From contig OZ024742.1 in NCBI GenBank assembly GCA_964016885.1, positions 367,536,001-367,600,000 of the forward strand: a DNA stretch of 64,000 nt, given 5' to 3'. Every line of letters starts with the position of its first letter. Position 1 is the stretch's first letter. The notes under the pieces were generated by a model. The model did not search any database. It was not told where the DNA came from and worked only from the letters and a program-made list of their open reading frames with translations. Both the position numbers and the translations under genes were made by a program. This document shows positions 42,551 through 56,369 of this stretch, one piece after another. The stretch comes from Eledone cirrhosa (taxonomy: Eukaryota).

Positions 42551-43099
42551 GGTCCTGTATCATTTGGTGATCACTCATGGTCGAATGTTCGATTGGGAAT
42601 CCAGCTGGTTTTATCTGGTCCTGTATCATTTGGTGATCACTCATGGTCGAATGTTCGATTGCGAAACCAGCTGGTTTTATCTGGTCCTGTATCATTTGGT
42701 GATCACTCATGGTCGAATGTTTGATTGGGAAACCAGCTGGTTTTATCTGGTCCTGTATCATTTGGTGATCACTCATGGTCGAATGTTGGATTGGGAAACG
42801 AGCTGGTTTTATCTGGTCCTGTATCATTTTGTGATCACTCATGGTCGAATGTTCGATTGGAAAACCAGCTGGTTTTATCTGGTCCTGTGTCATTTGGTGA
42901 TCACTAATGGTCGAATGTTCGATTGGGAAACCAGCTCGTTTTATCTGGTCCTGTGTCATTTGGTGATCACTAATGGTCGAATGTTCGATTGGGAAACTAG
43001 CTGTTTTTATCTGGTCCTGTATCATTTGGTGATCACTCATGGTCGAATGTTCGATTGGGAAACCAGCTGGTTTTATCTGGTCCTGTATCATTAAGTGAT

Positions 43100-46000
43100 C
43101 ACTCATGGTCGAATGTTCGATTGGAAAACCAGCTGGTTTTATCTGGTCCTATATCATTTGGTGATCACACATGGTCGAAAGTTCGATTGGGAAACCAGCT
43201 GGTTTTATCTGGTCCTGTATCATTTGGTGATCACTCATGGTCGAATGTTCGATTGGGAATCCAGCTGGTTTTATCTGGTCCTGTATCATTTGGTGATCAC
43301 TCATGGTCGAATGTTCGATTGCGAAACCAGCTGGTTTTATCTGGTCCTGTATCATTTGGTGATCACTCATGGTCGAATGTTGAATTGGGAAACCAGCTGG
43401 TTTTATCTGGTCCTGTATCATTTTGTGATCACTCATGGTCGAATGTTCGATTGGGAAACCAGCTCGTTTTATCTGGTCCTGTGTCATTTGGTGATCATTA
43501 ATGGTCGAATGTTCGATTGGAAAACTAGCTGTTTTTATCTGGTCCTGTATCATTTGGTGATCACTCATGGTCGAATGTTCGATTGGGAAACCAGCTGGTT
43601 TTATCTGGTCCTGTAACATTTGGTGATCACTCATGGTCGAATGTTGAATTGGGAAACCAGCTGGTTTTATCTGGTCCTGTATCATTTTGTGATCACTCAT
43701 GGTCGAATGTTCGATTGGAAATCCAGCTGGTTTTATCTGGTCCTGTGTCATTTGGTGATCACTAATGGTCGAATGTTCGATTGGGAAACCAGCTCGTTTT
43801 ATCTGGTCCTGTGTCATTTGGTGATCACTAATGGTCGAATGTTCGATTGGGAAACTAGCTGTTTTTATCTGGTCCTGTATCATTTGGTGATCACTCATGG
43901 TCGAATGTTCGATTGGGAAACCAGCTGGTTTTATCTGGTCCTGTATCATTTGGTGATCACTCATGGTCGAATGTTCGATTGGAAAACCAGCTGGTTTTAT
44001 CTGGTCCTATATAATTTGGTGATCACTCATGGTCGAAAGTTCGATTGGGAAACCAGCTGTTTTATCTGGTCCTGTATCATTTGGTGATCACTCATGGTCG
44101 AATGTTCGATTGGGAATCCAGCTGGTTTTATCTGGTCCTGTATCATTTGGTGATCACTCATGGTCGAATGTTCGATTGCGAAACCAGCTGGTTTTATCTG
44201 GTCCTGTATCATTTGGTGATCACTCATGGTCGAATGTTCGATTGGGAAACCAGCTGGTTTTATCTGGTCCTGTATCATTTGGTGATCACTCATGGTCGAA
44301 TGTTGGATTGGGAAACGAGCTGGTTTTATCTGGTCCTGTATCATTTTGTGATCACTCATGGTCGAATGTTCGATTGGAAAACCAGCTGGTTTTATCTGGT
44401 CCTGTGTCATTTGGTGATCACTAATGGTCGAATGTTCGATGGGGAAACCAGCTGATTTTATCTGGTCCTGTGTCATTTGGTGATCACTAATGGTCGAATG
44501 TTCGATTGGGAAACTAGCTGTTTTTATCTGGTCCTGTATCATTTGGTGATCACTCATGGTCGAATGTTCGATTGGGAAACCAGCTGGTTTTATCTGCTCC
44601 TGTATCATTAAGTGATCACTCATGGTCGAATGTTCGATTGGAAAACCAGCTGGTTTTATCTGGTCCTATATCATTTGGTGATCACTCATGGTCGAAAGTT
44701 CGATTGGGAAACCAGCTGGTTTTATCTGGTCCTGTATCATTTGGTGATCACTCATGGTCGAATGTTCGATTGGGAATCCAGCTGGTTTTATCTGGTCCTG
44801 TATCATTTGGTGATCACTCATGGTCGAATGTTCGATTGCGAAACCAGCTGGTTTTATCTGGTCCTGTATCATTTGGTGATCACTCATGGTCGAATGTTGA
44901 ATTGGGAAACCAGCTGGTTTTATCTGGTCCTGTATCATTTTGTGATCACTCATGGTCGAATGTTCGATTGGAAAACCAGCTGGTTTTATCTGGTGCTGTG
45001 TCATTTGGTGATCACTAATGGTCGAATGTTCGATTGGGAAACCAGCTCGTTTTATCTGGTCCTGTGTCATTTGGTGATCATTAATGGTCGAATGTTCGAT
45101 TGGGAAACTAGCTGTTTTTATCTGGTCCTGTATCATTTGGTGATCACTCATGGTCGAATGTTCGATTGGGAAACCAGCTGGTTTTATCTGGTCCTGTAAC
45201 ATTTGGTGATCACTCATGGTCGAATGTTGAATTGGGAAACCAGCTGGTTTTATCTGGTCCTGTATCATTTTGTGATCACTCATGGTCGAATGTTCGATTG
45301 GAAATCCAGCTGGTTTTATCTGGTCCTGTGTCATTTGGTGATCACTAATGGTCGAATGTTCGATTGGGAAACCAGCTCGTTTTATCTGGTCCAGTGTCAT
45401 TTGGTGATCACTAATGGTCGAATGTTCGATTGGGAAACTAGCTGTTTTTATCTGGTCCTGTATCATTTGGTGATCACTCATGGTCGAATGTTCGATTGGG
45501 AAACCAGCTGGTTTTATCTGGTCCTGTATCATTTGGTGATCACTCATGGTCGAATGTTCGATTGGGAAACCAGCTGGTTTTATCTGGTCCTGTATCATTT
45601 GGTGATCAGTCATGGCCGAATGTTCGATTGGGAAACCAGCTGGTTTTATCTGGTCCTGTATCATTTTGTGATCACTCATGGTCGAATGTTCGATTGGAAA
45701 ACCAGCTGGTTTTATCTGGTCCTGTGTCATTTGGTGATCACTAATGGTCGAATGTTCGATTGGGAAACCATCTCGTTTTATCTGGTCCTTTATCATTTGG
45801 TGATCACTCATGGTCGAATGTTCGATTGGGAAACCAGCTGGTTTTATCTGGTCCTTTATCATTTGGTGAGCCCTATTGGTCGAATGTTCGATTGGAAAAC
45901 CAGCTGGTTTTATCTGGTCCTGTGTCATTTGGTGATCACTAATAGTCGAATGTTCGATTGGGAAACCAGCTGGTTTTATCTGGTCCTGTGTCATTTGGTG

Positions 46001-49000
46001 ATCACTAATAGTCGAATGTTCGATTGGGAAACCAGCTGGTTTTATCTGGTCCTGTATCATTTGGTGAGCCCTATTGGTCGAATGTTCGATTGGAAAACCA
46101 GCTGGTTTTATCTGGTCCTGTATCATTTGGTGATCACTCATGGACGAATGTTCGATTGGGAAACCAGCTGGTTTTATCTGGTCCTGTATCATTTAGTGAT
46201 CACTCATGGTCGAATGTTCGATTGGGAAACCAGCTGGTTTTATCTGGTCCTGTATCATTTGGTGAGCCCTATTGGTCGAATGTTCGATTGGAAAACCAGC
46301 TGGTTTTATCTGGTCCTGTATCATTTGGTGATCACTCATGGTCGAATGTTCGATTGGGAAACCAGCTGGTTTTATCTGGACCTGTATCATTTGGTGATCA
46401 CTCATGGTCGAATGTTCGATTGGAAAACCAGCTGGCTTTATCTGGTCCTGTATCATTTGGTGATCACTCATGGACGAATGTTCGATTGGGAAACCAGCTG
46501 GTTTAATCTGGTCCTGTATCATTTAGTGATCACTCATGGTCGAATGTTCGATTGGGAAACCAGCTGGTTTTATCTGGTCCTGTATCATTTGGAGAGCCCT
46601 ATTGGTCGAATGTTCGATTGGAAAACCAGCTGGTTTTAACGTGTCCTGTATCATTTGGTGATCACTAATGGTCGAATGTTCGATTGGGAAACTAGCTGGT
46701 TTTATCTGGTCCTGTATCATTTGGTGATCAATCATGGTCGAATGTTCGATTGGGAAACTAGCTGGTTTTATCTGGTCCTGTATCATTTGGTGATCACTCA
46801 TGGTCGAATGTTCGATTGGGAAACCAGCTGGTTTTATCTGGTCCTGTGTCATTTGGTGATCACTAATGGTCGAATATTCGATTGGGAAACCAGCTGGTTT
46901 TATCTGGTCCTGTATCATTTGGTGATCACTAATGGGCGAATGTTCGATTGGGAAACCAGCTGGTTTTATCTGGTCCTGTGTCATTTGGTGATCACTCATG
47001 GTCGAATGTTCGATTGCGCAACCAGCTGGTTTTATCTGGGCCTGTGTCATTTGGTGATCACTAATGGTTGAATGTTCGATTGGGAAACCAGCTGGTTTTA
47101 TCTGGTCCTGTATCATTTGGTGATCACACATGGTCGAATGTTCGAATGGGAAACCAGCTGGTTTTATCTGGTCCTGTATCATTTCGTGATCACTCATGGT
47201 CGAATGTTCGATTGCGAAACCAGCTGGTTTTATCTGGGCCTGTGTCATTTGGTGATCACTCATGGTCGAATGTTCGATTGCGAAACCAGCTGGTTTTATC
47301 TGGGCCTGTGTCATTTGGTGATCACTCATGGTCGAATGTTCCATTGCGAAACCAGCTGGTTTTATCTGGGCCTGTGTCATTTGGTGATCACTAATGGTCG
47401 AATGTTCGATTGGGAAACCAGCTGGTTTTATCTGGTCCTGTATCATTTGGTGATCACTCATGGTCGAATGTTCGATTGGGAAACCAGCTGGTTTTATCTG
47501 GTCCTGTATCATTTGGTGATCACTCATGGTCGAATGTTCGATTGCGAAACCAGCTGGTTTTATCTGGTCCTGTGTCTTTTGGTGATCATATTGGTCGAAT
47601 GTTCGATTGGGAAACCAGCTGGTTTTATCTGGTCCTGTGTCATTTGGTGATCACTAATGGTCGAATGTTCGATTGGGAAACCAGCTGGTTTTATCTGGTC
47701 CTGTATCATTTGGTGATCACTAATGGTCGAATGTTCGATTGGGAAACCAGCTGGTTTTATCTGGTCCTGTATCATTTGGTGATCACTCATGGTCGAATGT
47801 TCGATTGCGAAACCAGCTGGTTTTATCTGGGCCTGTGTCATTTGGTGATCACTAATGGTCGAATGTTCGATTGGGAAACCAGCTGGTTTTATCTGGTCCT
47901 GTATCATTTGGTGATCACTAATGTTCGATTGTTCGATTGGGAAACCAGCTGGTTTTATCTGGTCCTGTATCATTTGGTGATCACTCATGGTCGAATGTTC
48001 GATTGCGAAACCAGCTGGTTTTATCTGGGCCTGTGTCATTTGGTGATCACTAATGGTCGAATGTTCGATTGGGAAACCAGCTGGTTTTATCTGGTCCTGT
48101 ATCATTTGGTGATCACTAATGGTCGAATGTTCGATTGGGAAACCAGCTGGTTTTATCTGGTCCTGTATCATTTGGTGATCACTCATGGTCGAATGTTGGA
48201 TTGGGAAACCAGCTGGTTTTATCTGGTCCTGTATCATTTGGTGATCACTCATGGTCGAATGTTCGATTGGGAAACCAGCTGGTTTTATCTGTTCCTGTAT
48301 CATTTGGTGATCACTAATGGGTGAATGTTCGATTGGGAAACCAGCTGGTCTTATCTGGTCCTGTATCATTTGGTGATCACACATGGTCGAATGTTCGATT
48401 GGGAAACCAGCTGGTTTTATCTGGTCCTGTATCATTTGGTGATCACTCATGGTCGAATGTTCGATTGGGAAACCAGCTGGTTTTATCTGGTCCTGTATCA
48501 TTTGGTGATCACTAATGGGCGAATGTTCGATTGGGAAACCAGCTGGTTTTATCTGGGCCTGTGTCATTTGTTGATCACTAATGGTCGAATGTTCGATTGG
48601 GAAACCATCTGGTTTTATCTTGTCCTGTATCATTTGGTGATCACTATTGGTCGAATGTTCGATTGGGAAACCAGCTGGTTTTATCTGGTCCTGTATCATT
48701 TGGTGATCACTCATGGTCGAATGTTCGATTGGGAAACCAGCTGGTTTTATCTGGTCCTGTATCATTTGGTGATCAGTCATGGTCGAATGTTCGATTGCAA
48801 AACCAGCTGGTTTTATCTGGTCCTGTATCATTTGGTGATCACTCATGGTCGAATGTTGGATTGGGAAACCAGCTGGTTTTATCTGGTCCTGTATCATTTG
48901 GTGATCACTCATGGTCGAATGTTCGATTGGAAAACCAGCTGGTTTTATCTGGTCCTGTGTCATTTGGTGATCACTAATGGTCGAATGTTCGATTGGGAAA

Positions 49001-51150
49001 CGAGCTCGTTTTATCTGGTCCTGTGTCATTTGGTGATCACTAATGGTCGAATGTTCGATTGGGAAACCAGCTGGTTTTATCTGGTCCTGTATCATTTGGT
49101 GATCACTCATGGTCGAATGTTCGATTGGAAAACCAGCTGGTTTTATCTGGTCCTATATCATTTGGTGATCACTCATGGTCGAAAGTTCGATTGGGAAACC
49201 AGCTGGTTTTATCTGGTCCTGTATCATTTGGTGATCACTCATGGTCGAATGTTCGATTGGGAATCCAGCTGGTTTTATCTGGTCCTGTATCATTTGGTGA
49301 TCACTCATGGTCGAATGTTCGATTGCGAAACCAGCTGGTTTTATCTGGTCCTGTATCATTTGGTGATCACTCATGGTCGAATGTTGAATTGGGAAACCAG
49401 CTGGTTTTATCTGGTCCTGTATCATTTTGTGATCACTCATGGTCGAATGTTCGATTGGAAAACCAGCTGGTTTTATCTGGTCCTGTGTCATTTGGTGATC
49501 ACTAATGGTCGAATGTTCGATTGGGAAACCAGCTCGTTTTATCTGGTCCTGTGTCATTTGGTGATCATTAATGGTCGAATGTTCGATTGGAAAACTAGCT
49601 GTTTTTATCTGGTCCTGTATCATTTGGTGATCACTCATGGTCGAATGTTCGATTGGGAAACCAGCTGGTTTTATCTGGTCCTGTAACATTTGGTGATCAC
49701 TCATGGTCGAATGTTGAATTGGGAAACCAGCTGGTTTTATCTGGTCCTGTATCATTTTGTGATCACTCATGGTCGAATGTTCGATTGGAAATCCAGCTGG
49801 TTTTATCTTGTCCTGTGTCATTTGGTGATCACTAATGGTCGAATGTTCGATTGGGAAACCAGCTCGTTTTATCTGGTCCTGTGTCATTTGGTGATCACTA
49901 ATGGTCGAATGTTCGATTGGGAAACTAGCTGTTTTTATCTGGTCCTGTATCATTTGGTGATCACTCATGGTCGAATGTTCGATTGGGAAACCAGCTGGTT
50001 TTATCTGGTCCTGTATCATTTGGTGATCACACATGGTCGAATGTTCGATTGGAAAACCAGCTGGTTTTATCTGGTCCTATATCATTTGGTGATCACTCAT
50101 GGTCAAAAGTTCGATTGGGAAACCAGCTGTTTTATCTGGTCCTGTATCATTTGGTGATCACTCATGGTCGAATGTTCGATTGGGAATCCAGCTGGTTTTA
50201 TCTGGTCCTGTATCATTTGGTGATCACTCATGGTCGAATGTTCGATTGCGAAACCAGCTGGTTTTATCTGGTCCTGTATCATTTGGTGATCACTCATGGT
50301 CGAATGTTCGATTGGGAAACCAGCTGGTTTTATCTGGTCCTGTATCATTTGGTGATCACTCATGGTCGAATGTTGGATTGGGAAACGAGCTGGTTTTATC
50401 TGGTCCTGTATCATTTTGTGATCACTCATGGTCGAATGTTCGATTGGAAAACCAGCTGGTTTTATCTGGTCCTGTGTCATTTGGTGATCACTAATGGTCG
50501 AATGTTCGATTGGGAAACCAGCTCGTTTTATCTGGTCCTGTGTCATTTGGTGATCACTAATGGTCGAATGTTCGACTGGGAAACTAGCTGTTTTTATCTG
50601 GTCCTGTATCATTTGGTGATCTCTCATGGTCGAATGTTCGATTGGGAAACCAGCTGGTTTTATCTGCTCCTGTATCATTAAGTGATCACTCATGGTCGAA
50701 TGTTCGATTGGAAAACCAGCTGGTTTTATCTGGTCCTATATCATTTGGTGATCACTCATGGTCGAAAGTTCGATTGGGAAACCAGCTGGTTTTATCTGGT
50801 CCTGTATCATTTGGTGATCACTCATGGTCGAATGTTCGATTGGGAATCCAGCTGGTTTTATCTGGTCCTGTATCATTTGGTGATCACTCATGGTCGAATG
50901 TTCGATTGCGAAACCAGCTGGTTTTATCTGGTCCTGTATCATTTGGTGATCACTCATGGTCGAATCTTGAATTGGGAAACCAGCTGGTTTTATCTGGTCC
51001 TGTATCATTTTGTGATCACTCATGGTCGAATGTTCGATTGGAAAACCAGCTGGTTTTATCTGGTCCTGTGTCATTTGGTGATCACTAATGGTCGAATGTT
51101 CGATTGGGAAACCAGCTCGTTTTATCTGGTCCTGTGTCATTTGGTGATCA
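43100..51150. repeat. Dispersed segmental duplication within the array, offset 6070 bp (92 monomers - 2 bp)
   Basis: ORF pairs 43620/49690, 44029/50099 and 44612/50682 differ by 6070. Both copies share the AGCTGTTTTATC -1 deletion and the CTGCTCC...CATTAAG monomer. Confidence 0.8.
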
Positions 51151-54100
51151 CTCATGGTCGAATGTTCGATTGCGAAACCAGCTGGTTTTATCTGGTCCTG
51201 TATCATTTGGTGATCACTCATGGTGGAATGTTCGATTGGGAAACCAGCTGGTTTTATCTGGTCCTGTATCATTTGGTGATCACTCATGGTCGAATGTTGG
51301 ATTGGGAAACGAGCTGGTTTTATCTGGTCCTGTATCATTTTGTGATCACTTATGGTCGAATGTTCGATTGGAAAACCAGCTGGTTTTATCTGGTCCTGTG
51401 TCATTTGGTGATCACTAATGGTCGAATGTTCGATTGGGAAACCAGCTCGTTTTATCTGGTCCTGTGTCATTTGGTGATCACTAATGGTCGAATGTTCGAT
51501 TGGGAAACTAGCTGTTTTTATCTGGTCCTGTATCATTTGGTGATCACTCATGGTCGAATGTTCGATTGGGAAACCAGCTGGTTTTATCTGGTCCTGTATC
51601 ATTTGGTGATCACTCATGGTCGAATGTTCGATTGGAAAACCAGCTGGTTTTATCTGGTCCTATATCATTTGGTGATCACTCATGGTCGAAAGTTCGATTG
51701 GGAAACCAGCTGTTTTATCTGGTCCTGTATCATTTGGTGATCACTCATGGTCGAATGTTCGATTGGGAATCCAGCTGGTTTTATCTGGTCCTGTATCATT
51801 TGGTGATCACTCATGGTCGAATGTTCGATTGCGAAACCAGCTGGTTTTATCTGGTCCTGTATCATTTGGTGATCACTCATGGTCGAATGTTCGATTGGGA
51901 AACCAGCTGGTTTTATCTGGTCCTGTATCATTTGGTGATCACTCATGGTCGAATGTTGGATTGGGAAACGAGCTGGTTTTATCTGGTCCTGTGTCATTTG
52001 GTGATCACTAATGGTCGAATGTTCGATTGGGAAACCAGCTCGTTTTATCTGGTCCTGTGTCATTTGGTGATCACTAATGGTAGAATGTTCGATTGGGAAA
52101 CCAGCTGGTTTTATCTGGTCCTGTGTCATTTGGTGATCACTAATAGTCGAATGTTCGATTGGGAAACCAGCTGGTTTTATCTGGTCCTTCTGTCATTTGG
52201 TGATCACTAATGGTCGAATGTTCGATTGGGAAACTAGCTGCTTTTATCTGGTCCTGTATCATTTGGTGATCACTAATGGTCGAATGTTCGATTGGGAAAC
52301 TAGCTGCTTTTATCTGGTCCTGTATCATTTGGTGATCACTCATGGTCGAATGTTCGATTGGAAAACCAGCTGGTTTTATCTGGTCCTGTGTCATTTGGTG
52401 ATCACTAATGGTCGAATGTTCGATTGGGAAACGAGCTCGTTTTATCTGGTCCTGTGTCATTTGGTGATCACTAATGGTCGAATGTTCGATTGGGAAACCA
52501 GCTGGTTTTATCTGGTCCTGTATCATTTGGTGATCACTCATGGTCGAATGTTCGATTGGAAAACCAGCTGGTTTTATCTGGTCCTATATCATTTGGTGAT
52601 CACTCATGGTCGAAAGTTCGATTGGGAAACCAGCTGGTTTTATCTGGTCCTGTATCATTTGGTGATCACTCATGGTCGAATGTTCGATTGGGAATCCAGC
52701 TGGTTTTATCTGGTCCTGTATCATTTGGTGATCACTCATGGTCGAATGTTCGATTGCGAAACCAGCTGGTTTTATCTGGTCCTGTATCATTTGGTGATCA
52801 CTCATGGTCGAATGTTGAATTGGGAAACCAGCTGGTTTTATCTGGTCCTGTATCATTTTGTGATCACTCATGGTCGAATGTTCGATTGGAAAACCAGCTG
52901 GTTTTATCTGGTCCTGTGTCATTTGGTGATCACTAATGGTCGAATGTTCGATTGGGAAACCAGCTCGTTTTATCTGGTCCTGTGTCATTTGGTGATCATT
53001 AATGGTCGAATGTTCGATTGGAAAACTAGCTGTTTTTATCTGGTCCTGTATCATTTGGTGATCACTCATGGTCGAATGTTCGATTGGGAAACCAGCTGGT
53101 TTTATCTGGTCCTGTAACATTTGGTGATCACTCATGGTCGAATGTTGAATTGGGAAACCAGCTGGTTTTATCTGGTCCTGTATCATTTTGTGATCACTCA
53201 TGGTCGAATGTTCGATTGGAAATCCAGCTGGTTTTATCTTGTCCTGTGTCATTTGGTGATCACTAATGGTCGAATGTTCGATTGGGAAACCAGCTCGTTT
53301 TATCTGGTCCTGTGTCATTTGGTGATCACTAATGGTCGAATGTTCGATTGGGAAACTAGCTGTTTTTATCTGGTCCTGTATCATTTGGTGATCACTCATG
53401 GTCGAATGTTCGATTGGGAAACCAGCTGGTTTTATCTGGTCCTGTATCATTTGGTGATCACACATGGTCGAATGTTCGATTGGAAAACCAGCTGGTTTTA
53501 TCTGGTCCTATATCATTTGGTGATCACTCATGGTCAAAAGTTCGATTGGGAAACCAGCTGTTTTATCTGGTCCTGTATCATTTGGTGATCACTCATGGTC
53601 GAATGTTCGATTGGGAATCCAGCTGGTTTTATCTGGTCCTGTATCATTTGGTGATCACTCATGGTCGAATGTTCGATTGCGAAACCAGCTGGTTTTATCT
53701 GGTCCTGTATCATTTGGTGATCACTCATGGTCGAATGTTCGATTGGGAAACCAGCTGGTTTTATCTGGTCCTGTATCATTTGGTGATCACTCATGGTCGA
53801 ATGTTGGATTGGGAAACGAGCTGGTTTTATCTGGTCCTGTATCATTTTGTGATCACTCATGGTCGAATGTTCGATTGGAAAACCAGCTGGTTTTATCTGG
53901 TCCTGTGTCATTTGGTGATCACTAATGGTCGAATGTTCGATTGGGAAACCAGCTCGTTTTATCTGGTCCTGTGTCATTTGGTGATCACTAATGGTCGAAT
54001 GTTCGACTGGGAAACTAGCTGTTTTTATCTGGTCCTGTATCATTTGGTGATCTCTCATGGTCGAATGTTCGATTGGGAAACCAGCTGGTTTTATCTGCTC

Positions 54101-55700
54101 CTGTATCATTAAGTGATCACTCATGGTCGAATGTTCGATTGGAAAACCAGCTGGTTTTATCTGGTCCTATATCATTTGGTGATCACTCATGGTCGAAAGT
54201 TCGATTGGGAAACCAGCTGGTTTTATCTGGTCCTGTATCATTTGGTGATCACTCATGGTCGAATGTTCGATTGGGAATCCAGCTGGTTTTATCTGGTCCT
54301 GTATCATTTGGTGATCACTCATGGTCGAATGTTCGATTGCGAAACCAGCTGGTTTTATCTGGTCCTGTATCATTTGGTGATCACTCATGGTCGAATCTTG
54401 AATTGGGAAACCAGCTGGTTTTATCTGGTCCTGTATCATTTTGTGATCACTCATGGTCGAATGTTCGATTGGAAAACCAGCTGGTTTTATCTGGTCCTGT
54501 GTCATTTGGTGATCACTAATGGTCGAATGTTCGATTGGGAAACCAGCTCGTTTTATCTGGTCCTGTGTCATTTGGTGATCACTCATGGTCGAATGTTCGA
54601 TTGCGAAACCAGCTGGTTTTATCTGGTCCTGTATCATTTGGTGATCACTCATGGTGGAATGTTCGATTGGGAAACCAGCTGGTTTTATCTGGTCCTGTAT
54701 CATTTGGTGATCACTCATGGTCGAATGTTGGATTGGGAAACGAGCTGGTTTTATCTGGTCCTGTATCATTTTGTGATCACTTATGGTCGAATGTTCGATT
54801 GGAAAACCAGCTGGTTTTATCTGGTCCTGTGTCATTTGGTGATCACTAATGGTCGAATGTTCGATTGGGAAACCAGCTCGTTTTATCTGGTCCTGTGTCA
54901 TTTGGTGATCACTAATGGTCGAATGTTCGATTGGGAAACTAGCTGTTTTTATCTGGTCCTGTATCATTTGGTGATCACTCATGGTCGAATGTTCGATTGG
55001 GAAACCAGCTGGTTTTATCTGGTCCTGTATCATTTGGTGATCACTCATGGTCGAATGTTCGATTGGAAAACCAGCTGGTTTTATCTGGTCCTATATCATT
55101 TGGTGATCACTCATGGTCGAAAGTTCGATTGGGAAACCAGCTGTTTTATCTGGTCCTGTATCATTTGGTGATCACTCATGGTCGAATGTTCGATTGGGAA
55201 TCCAGCTGGTTTTATCTGGTCCTGTATCATTTGGTGATCACTCATGGTCGAATGTTCGATTGCGAAACCAGCTGGTTTTATCTGGTCCTGTATCATTTGG
55301 TGATCACTCATGGTCGAATGTTCGATTGGGAAACCAGCTGGTTTTATCTGGTCCTGTATCATTTGGTGATCACTCATGGTCGAATGTTGGATTGGGAAAC
55401 GAGCTGGTTTTATCTGGTCCTGTGTCATTTGGTGATCACTAATGGTCGAATGTTCGATTGGGAAACCAGCTCGTTTTATCTGGTCCTGTGTCATTTGGTG
55501 ATCACTAATGGTAGAATGTTCGATTGGGAAACCAGCTGGTTTTATCTGGTCCTGTGTCATTTGGTGATCACTAATAGTCGAATGTTCGATTGGGAAACCA
55601 GCTGGTTTTATCTGGTCCTTCTGTCATTTGGTGATCACTAATGGTCGAATGTTCGATTGGGAAACTAGCTGCTTTTATCTGGTCCTGTATCATTTGGTGA
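48890..55700. repeat. Higher-order tandem duplication, period 3431 bp (52 monomers - 1 bp), 2 near-identical copies
   Basis: ORF pairs 49059/52490, 49983/53414, 50682/54113 and 51566/54997 differ by 3431 and have identical translations. Each copy has two -1 and one +1 indel. Confidence 0.94.
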
Positions 55701-56369
55701 TCACTCATGGTCGAATGTTCGATTGGGAAACCAGCTGGTTTTATCTGGTCCTGTATCATTTGGTGATCACTAATGGTCGATTGTTCGATTGGGAAACTAG
55801 CTGGTTTTATCTGGTCCTGTATCATTTGGTGATCACTGATGGTCGAATGTTCGATTGGGAAACCAGCTGGTTTTATCTGGTCCTGTATCATTTGGTGATC
55901 ACTCATGGTCGAATGTTCGATTGGGAAACCAGCTGGTTTTATCTGGTCCTGTATCATTTGGTGATCACTCATGGTCGACTGTTCGATTGGAAAACCAGCT
56001 GGTTTTATCTGGTCCTGTATCATTTGGTGATCACTTATGGTCGAATGTTCGATTGGGAAACCAGCTGGTTTTATATGGTCCTGTATCATTTGGTGATCAC
56101 TCATGGTCGAATATTCGATTGGTAAACCAGCTAGTTTTATCTGGTCCTGTATCATTTGGTGATCACTCTTGATCGAATGTTCGATTGGGAAACCAGCTGG
56201 TTTTATCTGGTCCTGTATCATTTGGTGATCACTCATGGTCGAATGTTCGATTGGGAAACCAGCTGGTTTTATCTGGTCCTGTATCATTTGGTGATCACTC
56301 ATGGTCGAATGTTCGATTGGAAAACCAGCTGGTTTTATCTGGTCCTGTATCATTTGGTGATCACTCATG

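Noticed and set aside
47014-47021. Perfect C/EBP-like palindrome TTGCGCAA
   Set aside because: It is a single private substitution in one monomer, with no supporting context.
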